Source of the DNA: a virus
Taxonomy: Duplodnaviria; Caudoviricetes
Direction: 5' to 3' (one strand)
Length of the DNA: 27,838 nt
IMG/VR virus record: IMGVR_UViG_3300020044_001319
Span: 1 to 27,838 of that record
How positions within the stretch are numbered: position 1 is the stretch's first letter; each line of letters begins with the position of its first letter. Shown here piece by piece: positions 6,924 through 15,453 of the stretch. Both the position numbers and the translations under genes were made by a program. The notes beneath the pieces are model-generated. The model was given only the letters and a program-made list of their open reading frames with translations, did no database searches and was not told the DNA's origin.

Positions 6924-8905
6924 TGACTCGGATTGTTTCGATTCAAACGAACTTCTCCAGCGGGGAGATCGACCCTTTGCTTCGTGCCAGGGTTGACCTG
7001 CAACAGTACCAGAACGGCGCAGAATCGCTTACAAACGTGGTGGTGCAACCCCAGGGTGGGGTAAAGCGTAGAAACGGTCTACGGCACATTTTTGAGATTC
7101 CTAGTGCGGCATCTCCCGCCAATGGAACCCGATCTGTTCCCTTCGAGTTCTCCGTTGACGATCACTATATGTTAGTGTTCGCTAACCAGCGGATGTATGT
7201 GTTCAAGAATAAAGCCTTGATCACGAACATCAATGGTAGCGGGAACGACTACGCAACGACGACGAACATCACCAGTTCGATCTTGTCCACCATGTGCTGG
7301 ACTCAGAGTGCTGATACTTTGATCATCACGCACAAGGACATCAGCCCGATCAAGATTGTTCGTGGGGCAACGGATGCAAGCTGGACTGTCAGCAATATCT
7401 CGTTTGTTGGTATTCCAAAATATCAATTCACGGCATCGTTATCAAATCCTGCCGCAACCCTGACTCCTTCTGCTGTTTCTGGCAGTGTCACATTGACTGC
7501 GAGTGCTTCTGTTTTTACGGCTGGAAGTGTTGGTCAATACATCAATGCAGACCCGCAGGGCAGAGCAAAAATTGTTTCTTATACCAGTGGCACTGTCGTT
7601 CGTGCTGTAACTGAAATTCCATTCTTCGATATCAGTGCCATTGCCAGTGGCTTTTGGGAACTTGAGGCTGGCTATGAAAACGTTTGGTCGTCAACCAAAG
7701 GCTGGCCTCGGACTGCTACGTTCCATGAGGGGCGGCTGTACTTTGGCGGCAGTAAGAGCCGTCCCTCTACCGTCTGGGGTAGCAAGGTCGGGCAGTTCTT
7801 TGACTTCCAGCCTGATCAAGCCTATGACGACGATGCTGTCGAGGCAACGCTAGATACCAACAGCCTGAACGTGATCATTGACATTATTAGTGGTCGTGAC
7901 TTGCAGGTGTTCACCAGCGGAGGTGAGTTCTACGTTCCGCAGCAGGGTCTGGAACCCATCACCCCGACCAACTTCTTTGTGAAGGCTATCAGCCGCAACG
8001 GTTCTCGTGAGGGTATTCGTTGCAACACATTGCAGTCTGGGACACTGTACATCCAACGCCAGGGCAAAACCCTCAACGAGTTCTTGTACAGCGACACAAC
8101 CCTGTCCTATGTCAGCCAGTCAATCAGTCTATTGTCTGGTCATCTGATCGTTTCTCCTGTCGAACTGGCACTGAGAAAGTCGATCAGTACCGACGAGGCA
8201 GACACACTGTACATCCTGAACGGCGATGGAACGATTGCCAACTACTCGGTTCTGCGTCAACAAAACGTGGTTGCACCCAGTAAATTGACAACGGATGGGC
8301 TGTTCAAAGACATTGGTGTGGACATTGAAGATACCTATGTCGTGGTTGCTCGGACGTTTAACGGAACGACCAAGTATTTCGTTGAAGTCTTTGAAACCGC
8401 ATTGTTCACAGACTGTGCGTTTACTGGTGGCGTTGCGACGACCATCACTGGACTGCCGCACATTGCCAAGGAACTGAACGTCATTGCTGATGGTTCTGTG
8501 CTGTCAAACGAGACTGTGAGTGGTGGTGGATCAATCACAATGGATCGAGCCAGCACGACCAGCTACGAGGTTGGCCTGCCGTTTAACATCTCTTTGGTGA
8601 CCCTGCCGATTGAGCCTCGCCTGTCTGCTGGTGTGCGTACCGGATTCGTGAAGCGTGTGGTGGAAGTCAATGCAATTCTGTACAAGACTCAGCACTTGCT
8701 GGTCAACGGCAACCTGGTTCCGATTCGGACGTTTGATACACAGAACATTCTGGACAACGATATGCCTGAGTTCACTGGAACGAAAACCGTGTCTGGTATC
8801 TCTGGATATGACCAGGATGGACAGATCACCATCTCACAGAATTTGCCTCTCAAGTTGAACCTGCTTGGTCTTGAGTACAAACTGTCTGTGTACGGAGGCA
8901 CATAA
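6923..8905 (+). CDS. Tail tubular protein B / nozzle (T7 gp12-like)
   Basis: 'QTNFSSGEIDPLL.AR.D...Y.NG...L.N....QGG..RR.G' and 'GWP...TFHEGRLYFGG...P..VWGSKVG.FFDF'; 660 aa. Confidence 0.88.
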   Translation: MTRIVSIQTNFSSGEIDPLLRARVDLQQYQNGAESLTNVVVQPQGGVKRRNGLRHIFEIPSAASPANGTRSVPFEFSVDDHYMLVFANQRMYVFKNKALITNINGSGNDYATTTNITSSILSTMCWTQSADTLIITHKDISPIKIVRGATDASWTVSNISFVGIPKYQFTASLSNPAATLTPSAVSGSVTLTASASVFTAGSVGQYINADPQGRAKIVSYTSGTVVRAVTEIPFFDISAIASGFWELEAGYENVWSSTKGWPRTATFHEGRLYFGGSKSRPSTVWGSKVGQFFDFQPDQAYDDDAVEATLDTNSLNVIIDIISGRDLQVFTSGGEFYVPQQGLEPITPTNFFVKAISRNGSREGIRCNTLQSGTLYIQRQGKTLNEFLYSDTTLSYVSQSISLLSGHLIVSPVELALRKSISTDEADTLYILNGDGTIANYSVLRQQNVVAPSKLTTDGLFKDIGVDIEDTYVVVARTFNGTTKYFVEVFETALFTDCAFTGGVATTITGLPHIAKELNVIADGSVLSNETVSGGGSITMDRASTTSYEVGLPFNISLVTLPIEPRLSAGVRTGFVKRVVEVNAILYKTQHLLVNGNLVPIRTFDTQNILDNDMPEFTGTKTVSGISGYDQDGQITISQNLPLKLNLLGLEYKLSVYGGT

Positions 8906-9402
8906 TGGAAGCAGTAGCAATTATTGGAGCAATCGTATCTGCATCAGCACAGATACAACAGGCCGAACAACAAGCGTCCTCTATGCGTCTTCAGGCGCAA
9001 CAAGCTGAATTGCAAGGTCGTCAGAATGCCTTGAACTACAACCGACAGGCTAACGAAATCTTTATGCGTCAGCAACGTCTTGGTTCAACTGTTCGCGCTC
9101 GTGCCGCCGCTGGTGGAGTCGATCCGTTTACTGGTAGCCCATTGACGGTTGACCAGATGAATGCTCAGAAGGCAGGTCGTGAGTTCCAGATCAGCGTTGA
9201 GAATGCAGAGATGGCAAGGTCTGGTGGACTTGCACAATCTCAGGCTCTGTACTCTGCTGCAAGTTCTGCTGAACACATTGGCTACATGAAAGCAATTGGT
9301 ACGGTTGCGATGGGAACTGCAATGTCTCAACAGTATGCAACTCCAAACAATGCTCCAGTCTTTGATAGGAGTATGCCTGATCCAACTATTGCAAGGGGTT
9401 AA
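8905..9402 (+). CDS. Internal virion / ejection protein (T7 gp14-like)
   Basis: Ala/Gln-rich with a hydrophobic N-terminus and 'RARAAAGGVD...GSP'. Follows the nozzle gene. Confidence 0.7.
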   Translation: MEAVAIIGAIVSASAQIQQAEQQASSMRLQAQQAELQGRQNALNYNRQANEIFMRQQRLGSTVRARAAAGGVDPFTGSPLTVDQMNAQKAGREFQISVENAEMARSGGLAQSQALYSAASSAEHIGYMKAIGTVAMGTAMSQQYATPNNAPVFDRSMPDPTIARG

Positions 9403-9404
9403 CA

Positions 9405-11117
9405 ATGCCTGAATTGCCCCGCTATGAAAATATAGGCGTTCAGTACGCTGATCTGCCCAGAATCTCCACCGCCCCGCAACAAGTCCGGGCGCAAGGTCTT
9501 GCTGACATTGGCGCACAGATTGATCGGATGACATCGTTCTTCCAGAATCAGGCTGCACGAGAGGCTGAGAAAGCTGCACTGAAATACGCAGTTGAGTTCC
9601 CGCCTACTCAAGAACAACTGGAATTAGCCAAGCAAACTGGCGAGATGCCAAAGATCGAGGGTGCTGGTCGAATCTTCCAAGAAACTTACAACAAGGCTTC
9701 TGCCCACATTCTTGGTAGCGAGTTGCTGACTCAGTTCCAGAACCGTCAGTCTGACCGTCTGATGCGTATGGAGCGTGGTGAGGTCATTGATCCGGTGCAG
9801 TTCCAGAAGGACTTGCGTGACGACATTGATGGCACGACTGCCGTACTGACATCACTTGATCCTGAGACATCTATCCGGTTCAAAGCCCAGATGTCCACGG
9901 TGGGCCATGCTGCTTACAAGCAGGCGCTGGTGTTTGACGAGAAGGCTCGTCAGGCTACCTACATTGCTGACATTGAACAATCTTTGCAGAAGATTCGCGC
10001 TCCTATTGAGAACGTGATTAAGTCATATCTTCAGCCTGGCGTTGATCCTGATACTGGTCAGATGCGGCCTGGTTTGCCAATGGATCAACTGGAGACTGTG
10101 TTGCAAAACATGATCTCTCCGTACACCAGTGCAACCAGCATTCGCATGGCTGGTGGTAATAAGTACGCTCTGGAAGCCTACAAGATTATTGAGACTGCAA
10201 AGGTTGGCGCACTGGTTGGTCAAATGACTGATCGGACGTTTGCACCTAATGCTGGCGTTGCTGCTCAGAAGTTGCTTTCCGGTGATGCAGGCAACCTGAC
10301 TCCTTTGCTTAGCAACCTCACGCAGGAGGCAAAAGACAAGTTGCGTGAGACTGTGATCAAGTCTTACTCAGATATTGAGTCTCTGCGTAAGATTACCGAG
10401 GCTGAAAGCAAGGCGGCAAACAAAGACAAGTTCAAGCCAATGGTGCTTGAGATGCTGAATCCCAATACATCTCAGAAACGCAAGATCGAGATTGCGGCAA
10501 TGGGTATTGAACTTGAGCAGATGACTCCTGACCAGGCGATTGCGTTTACCAAGCCGCAAAAGCCAGAGGCCAATCCTGTTCTGTTTGCACAAATCTATGA
10601 CGGTGTTGTGCGTGGTCAGTACAAAAATGTTGGCGAACTGACTCAATTTTCCAGAAGCCTATCTGAGGGTGAGTTCCATACGCTGACTCGCTCACTGGTG
10701 GATAAGGGCCATCAGAAGGCTATTAGCGATCTGACTATTGAGGCTGGAATTACCAGCGCATTCATTGATCCTGGACTTGAGAAACTCAAGAAAAAGCAGA
10801 AGCTGATTGACTTGTTTACCGAGGAACTTGGTAAGAAGGCTCCTAATGACCAGGGTGTTTTGACCTACCAAACCCCTCAACAAGCAACCGAAAAAGCCAT
10901 TGATCGGTACAAGAACGATAAGTTGATTACAGATGCACAGACTGCTCGTGATGGTGCAATGAAGACAATTAACTCTGTGTTCGACAAGAATCCTAATCTT
11001 GTGAAACCTAACTTGCCGATTGAGCAATGGGATTTCACCAAGATCAAAGGCATAGATTCTGAGACTGCTCGTCGCTTGAAGCAACAGCAAGACATCTATA
11101 ACAAAAATCTTAGGTGA
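9405..11117 (+). CDS. Putative internal virion / ejection protein (gp15 position)
   Basis: 570 aa, helical composition, 'MPELPRY' N-terminus; assigned mainly by synteny. Confidence 0.6.
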   Translation: MPELPRYENIGVQYADLPRISTAPQQVRAQGLADIGAQIDRMTSFFQNQAAREAEKAALKYAVEFPPTQEQLELAKQTGEMPKIEGAGRIFQETYNKASAHILGSELLTQFQNRQSDRLMRMERGEVIDPVQFQKDLRDDIDGTTAVLTSLDPETSIRFKAQMSTVGHAAYKQALVFDEKARQATYIADIEQSLQKIRAPIENVIKSYLQPGVDPDTGQMRPGLPMDQLETVLQNMISPYTSATSIRMAGGNKYALEAYKIIETAKVGALVGQMTDRTFAPNAGVAAQKLLSGDAGNLTPLLSNLTQEAKDKLRETVIKSYSDIESLRKITEAESKAANKDKFKPMVLEMLNPNTSQKRKIEIAAMGIELEQMTPDQAIAFTKPQKPEANPVLFAQIYDGVVRGQYKNVGELTQFSRSLSEGEFHTLTRSLVDKGHQKAISDLTIEAGITSAFIDPGLEKLKKKQKLIDLFTEELGKKAPNDQGVLTYQTPQQATEKAIDRYKNDKLITDAQTARDGAMKTINSVFDKNPNLVKPNLPIEQWDFTKIKGIDSETARRLKQQQDIYNKNLR

Positions 11118-11120
11118 TCC

Positions 11121-12347
11121 ATGAGCATCGAAAAAGAACTGAGACAGAATTGGGATAGCGTGGTCTATCCCGAGCCAGATGTTCCAGAGCCGCCTATGTT
11201 GTTAGCGGCTGCTCCTGCTGACCAGACGGTGGTTAGCGATGCTGGCGCTGGTCGTGGTTCGTATGCTGGATACAACCCTAGAGCAGCACAGTTGAATCTT
11301 GAGCCACAAGCCAAGATGGAGTCTTACGATCCGACTGTCCGTCAAAAGATTGCTGATTTCTTACAAGCTGGCTTTGAGGCATTTGGTACTCCTCGCTATC
11401 AGGCCAGAAAGAATGCTCAGACGATCATGGGTGGAGAGTCCAGCAATCTGCCGCTGAACATGGGCATTGCTGACATCATTCCATTATTGGGTACTGGTAT
11501 GCAGACTCAGGAAGCTGTGCGTACTGGAGAGGAAGCTGTGCAATCCTTGCAGGCTGGTGAGCCTGGTAAAGCAGCATTGCAGGCTGGTGCTGCCGCATTG
11601 GGAATGATTCCTGGTGCTGTTGGTACGGCAAATGTACTGAAGCAAATCAAGCAGTCAAAGAAGTTCAAGCAACTTGAACCTACTGCTGCTGACAATCTGA
11701 AGATAATGCTAAATGAAGCAGATCAGATTAAGCCTCAGTTCGACCAGATAAACCGTGACATTGCTGAAAAAGTTGGTGGTACTTATAAAGCTGCACCAGT
11801 CAAAGGCGTTGATCGTGTGATTGAGAAAAGCGTTGCTGAGTATGGTGGTGATGTTACTCAGATCAAAGACTTGGTTCGCTCAACGATCATCGTCGATAGT
11901 CAGCAAAAGATTGATGATGCTATCAAGATGATTTCAGAAAAATACGAGATCAATCCTGATACATCGAGAAACCTGTTCAATCCCAATGCTGTTGCGTCAA
12001 AGGATGGCTACCGGGATGCCAAGTTCAACGTCATGCTGGATGGCGGCATGGCAATGGAAATCCAGATCAATACGCCACAAATGATGATGGCAAAGGACAA
12101 AGTTCACGATCTGTATAAAGAACGTAGAACTATAGAAGCAAAACTGGTAAAGGAGAAGCGCGATCCAACCCAGGACGAGTTGGTGGAAATCAGCAGGTTG
12201 AATGCTGAGATGAAGTCTATTTATGACGCTGCTTTTGAAGATTCGAGCAAGTCTGCGAATTCTTCTTTGGATAGCGGCTTGCCATTGCGTCGAGCAGAGT
12301 CTGGGTCAAACCAGCGAGATTCTGGCTTATCCCAGGCGGCTGAGTAA
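11121..12347 (+). CDS. Putative ejection protein with a C-terminal RelA/SpoT-like nucleotidyltransferase (alarmone synthetase-like) domain
   Basis: Motifs in synthetase order: PVKGVDRVIEK (aa ~226), KDLVRSTII (~250), GYRDAKFNV (~296), EIQINT (~313), HDLYK. The N-terminal half has Gly/Ala-rich hydrophobic helices. Located inside the internal-virion gene cluster. Confidence 0.8.
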   Translation: MSIEKELRQNWDSVVYPEPDVPEPPMLLAAAPADQTVVSDAGAGRGSYAGYNPRAAQLNLEPQAKMESYDPTVRQKIADFLQAGFEAFGTPRYQARKNAQTIMGGESSNLPLNMGIADIIPLLGTGMQTQEAVRTGEEAVQSLQAGEPGKAALQAGAAALGMIPGAVGTANVLKQIKQSKKFKQLEPTAADNLKIMLNEADQIKPQFDQINRDIAEKVGGTYKAAPVKGVDRVIEKSVAEYGGDVTQIKDLVRSTIIVDSQQKIDDAIKMISEKYEINPDTSRNLFNPNAVASKDGYRDAKFNVMLDGGMAMEIQINTPQMMMAKDKVHDLYKERRTIEAKLVKEKRDPTQDELVEISRLNAEMKSIYDAAFEDSSKSANSSLDSGLPLRRAESGSNQRDSGLSQAAE

Positions 12348-12424
12348 GGATGTCCCTTGACAACACCAATGGTCACCGGGATGCCTTCGACATTAAAGAA
12401 CTCAGTTGTATCTGGAAAGTCCAT
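12221..12424 (-). CDS. Small acidic protein antisense to the RelA-like gene; candidate immunity protein / antitoxin
   Basis: 67 aa with a strong AGGAGGT RBS (12429-12435, - strand) and its own promoter. It is the only credible - strand gene in the 22 kb late region. Function is inferred from context only. Confidence 0.7.
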   Translation of the reverse strand: MDFPDTTEFFNVEGIPVTIGVVKGHPYSAAWDKPESRWFDPDSARRNGKPLSKEEFADLLESSKAAS

Positions 12425-12443
12425 GATTACCTCCTGCTTGACT

Positions 12444-12484
12444 AGTGTACCAAAGTATTGTAATCAGTACAAACACAGATACAA
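12444..12484 (-). promoter_or_regulatory. Tandem sigma70-type promoters for the antisense gene
   Basis: On the - strand: TTGTAC (12472-12467), 17 nt, TACACT (12449-12444) with a TGn extension. Second candidate: TTGTAT (12484-12479), 16 nt, TACAAT (12462-12457). Confidence 0.6.
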
Positions 12485-12507
12485 TACCACAAACTGGAGC
12501 CTTGACA

Positions 12508-15453
12508 ATGGCTAATGCCCCACTTGATCAAAGATTAGACAAGATCGCTCAATCTGCCGCTGACTTTGAGCAGGGTTCCGAGGGAACGGTCTTGCCGTCT
12601 TCTGATCAGGATGTCCAGCAGGTAGGTCAGACTACCGGGGAAATGGCGCTGGAGCCTGACTTCCAGGTTGCTGGTGGCCTGCCTAGTGAGATTCTTAAAA
12701 GGCTCACCAAGGTCGATATTCGCGCCCCTAAGACTCCTGCCGTAACTCCTGAAGCCGCGACATCAGTTGTTATTGAAGACACCGCCAAAGCCGCCGTAGC
12801 GTCTGGCGTTGCCGACAGCCCGACAACGGCAAAAATTGCCGCCAAGATCGAGACTGGTAAAAAGCCTGAGATAACTCCACAAGCATTCTCGTCTGAGCGC
12901 AAGGACGTTGCTGACCTGAGAGCGACGACTGACCCGGCAATGGAGAAGCCGCCAGAGACTGCCTTCAATCTGCCTGTCATGCAGACCACTGAGGACATCA
13001 AGACCACTGTGGAAACGATGGCTCGGATGGGTGGCGTTGAAACCAAGACGATCACATTCGACGATGTTCGTGCCGCTGCGGAAAACGCTGGTCTTGGCCC
13101 TAAGTTCATTGATGACCTGACTAGCAACAAACTCCAGGTCAATCCTGAAAACACCTTCAAGGCACTGAATGCGATGGTTGCCAGTGCCAAGCATCTGGAT
13201 GGACTTGCCGCCAAGGTATCCAATGGAACTGCTACTCCTACCGAGTTGGCAGAGATGGCACAGACCATCCATTTCCACAACCTGCTCCAACAAAGCGTTA
13301 AGGGTTACCAGACCAACGTGGCGCAATCTTTGGCTGTCATGCGTATGCCGCGAGATGGCGCTGTGGATATTTCTACGATCCTGGAGAACTTTGGCAATGA
13401 GACTGATATTGTCAAGTTCGCGCAAGCCTATAACAACCTGAAGACTCCTGAAGGTAAGGCAGAACTTATCAAGGGAATGGCTCAAGGAAATCCTTGGGAA
13501 AAGCTGTTCACTGTGTATGTGAACGGCATATTGTCCCGGCCTGGAACTCAGATCAAGAACGCACTGAGCAACACCATTTTCCTGCCGTACCGCATGGCAG
13601 AGCGCACCACTGCCGCAGCCGCAGGTACGTTACGCCGTGGCATTGGTCTTGGCGCTGACGAGTCTTATGAGTTGATGGAAGTGCCGACCATGTTGGCATC
13701 GACTGGTCTTGCCGTTAAGAATGGCCTTGAGTTGATGGCATATGCTTTCAACAATGGTGTGCCAAAAGGCTGGACTGACCCGACCAAAATTGCTCGTCAG
13801 CAAGCCAGAATGGATCTGATCAACTTCAAAGACGATGGTTCTTTGTTGAGTACTGGTATCAAGGCAATCAACTTTGTTACGACTCTGCCTGGTCGCAGTC
13901 TGATGTCTGCTGATGAGTTCTTCAAAGGTGTGAACTATACATATGAGTTGGCGGCAGAAACGACTCGTGTTGGTATTCGTGCATATGACGATGCACTGAA
14001 AGCTGGTGGTGATATTCCTACCGCACTCAAGGCACAATCTGACGCAATTGATCAGTTCACGTTAAGCCCCCCTGACTACATTACTGGTCTTGCAGAGGTT
14101 GGTACGTTTACCCAAAAGTTAACAGGAACCATTGGGGAGATGCAAGCCTCAATGAATCCGAACAGTGCTACCGGGTTTGCCTTGCGTACCCAGATGCCAT
14201 TTATTTCAACACCTGTCAACGTGATGGGCGAGGTTGTTTCGCGTACTCCTCTGGCGTTTGCAACAAAGTCATTCTATTCAAACATTGCGGCTGGTGGCAA
14301 AGAGGCAGACATGGCGATGGCAAAGGTTGGAATGTCCAGCGCAGCCATCTACAGTTTTTCGCAATTGGCAACCAATGGAACCATCACTGGTTCTGGCCCC
14401 GGCGACAAGGGAACCAGACAGGCAATGGAGCGCCAGGGCTGGCAACCGTACAGCTTTGTGGTTGACACCAGCGGCATGAAAGAGGATGTGCGTGATCTGT
14501 TCTCGCAGTTCCCCGGCAGTGTTCGCTTTGGTTCTGGCGACTACTCTGGCAAGGTATTCCTGTCCTACCAAGGCATGGAGCCTGTTGGCGCTCTGATGGC
14601 CATCGGAGCCGACTATGTTGACTATGCTCGGTACGAGCAGGACGACAGTCGCTTGAATGCCTATGTTGGTGGGGCGGTGTTTGGCGTTGCCAACTATATG
14701 CTTGAGCATCCTTTCCTGACTGGTGTCGGAAACATTGCTGCTTTGGTTGGTGGAAATATCCCCAACAGCCGAGAGCATCTGGTCAACATCATCAACGGTG
14801 TGGCAAAGATTGGAACGACCACTGCTCTCAAGGCAGTTGAGCCTTTGAGTGGCTTTATTACCAGCACCAAGGAAAAGGTCGATCCCCTGCGTCGAGACTA
14901 TCAAGCTGATCCCAATCTTGGTGCTGGCATCAAGGGTGTGATGGATGCCTTGAACAAGTGGAGAAGCGAAACTCCTGGCTTGTCTCAAGACTTGCCTCCT
15001 ATGTTGAACATCTGGTCTGAGCCTGTCCAGCATGAGTTCTCATGGTCGCCACTTCGCATGAAGGCTGGAAAGCAGAATGAAGTTGATCAGGCTTTGATCC
15101 AGTTGAATGCAAACATTGCCATGCCTGGTCGTCAGTTGTCCATGAAAGACCCTGACACTGGCATCAACTCCAATACCAAACTGACTGCTGAGGAATACAA
15201 CGAAATGTTGCGTATTGCTAACGGACCGTTGGAACTCGAAAAGCGTGTCACTGCCGTGGTTGACTTGATCAAGCAGGACGCTGGTCGCAATGATCTGATA
15301 CGTTATCAGAACATGATCAGTTCTGTGTTCAGTGACACTTTTGAAGATGCCAGAAAGATTCTGGCGAATGACAGTCTTTACGCACAAGACATCCAGCAAC
15401 GTATCCGAGATAAAGCGCAACGCCTGAAAGAATTTGGCAAAGGAGCAAGATAA
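12508..15453 (+). CDS. Large internal virion / DNA ejection protein (gp16 position)
   Basis: ~980 aa; ATG at 12508 with GGAG at 12496-12499. 'ILS.P.T.IKN..SN', 'DEFFK', 'PFISTPVN' and 'ITGSGP.D...R.....GWQPYS' are typical of podovirus large ejection proteins. Directly precedes the tail fibre. Confidence 0.75.
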   Translation: MANAPLDQRLDKIAQSAADFEQGSEGTVLPSSDQDVQQVGQTTGEMALEPDFQVAGGLPSEILKRLTKVDIRAPKTPAVTPEAATSVVIEDTAKAAVASGVADSPTTAKIAAKIETGKKPEITPQAFSSERKDVADLRATTDPAMEKPPETAFNLPVMQTTEDIKTTVETMARMGGVETKTITFDDVRAAAENAGLGPKFIDDLTSNKLQVNPENTFKALNAMVASAKHLDGLAAKVSNGTATPTELAEMAQTIHFHNLLQQSVKGYQTNVAQSLAVMRMPRDGAVDISTILENFGNETDIVKFAQAYNNLKTPEGKAELIKGMAQGNPWEKLFTVYVNGILSRPGTQIKNALSNTIFLPYRMAERTTAAAAGTLRRGIGLGADESYELMEVPTMLASTGLAVKNGLELMAYAFNNGVPKGWTDPTKIARQQARMDLINFKDDGSLLSTGIKAINFVTTLPGRSLMSADEFFKGVNYTYELAAETTRVGIRAYDDALKAGGDIPTALKAQSDAIDQFTLSPPDYITGLAEVGTFTQKLTGTIGEMQASMNPNSATGFALRTQMPFISTPVNVMGEVVSRTPLAFATKSFYSNIAAGGKEADMAMAKVGMSSAAIYSFSQLATNGTITGSGPGDKGTRQAMERQGWQPYSFVVDTSGMKEDVRDLFSQFPGSVRFGSGDYSGKVFLSYQGMEPVGALMAIGADYVDYARYEQDDSRLNAYVGGAVFGVANYMLEHPFLTGVGNIAALVGGNIPNSREHLVNIINGVAKIGTTTALKAVEPLSGFITSTKEKVDPLRRDYQADPNLGAGIKGVMDALNKWRSETPGLSQDLPPMLNIWSEPVQHEFSWSPLRMKAGKQNEVDQALIQLNANIAMPGRQLSMKDPDTGINSNTKLTAEEYNEMLRIANGPLELEKRVTAVVDLIKQDAGRNDLIRYQNMISSVFSDTFEDARKILANDSLYAQDIQQRIRDKAQRLKEFGKGAR

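Noticed and set aside
12445-12507. GTG-start extension of the large ejection protein
   Set aside because: Overlaps the antisense promoter and has no RBS. ATG 12508 has GGAG at a suitable distance.
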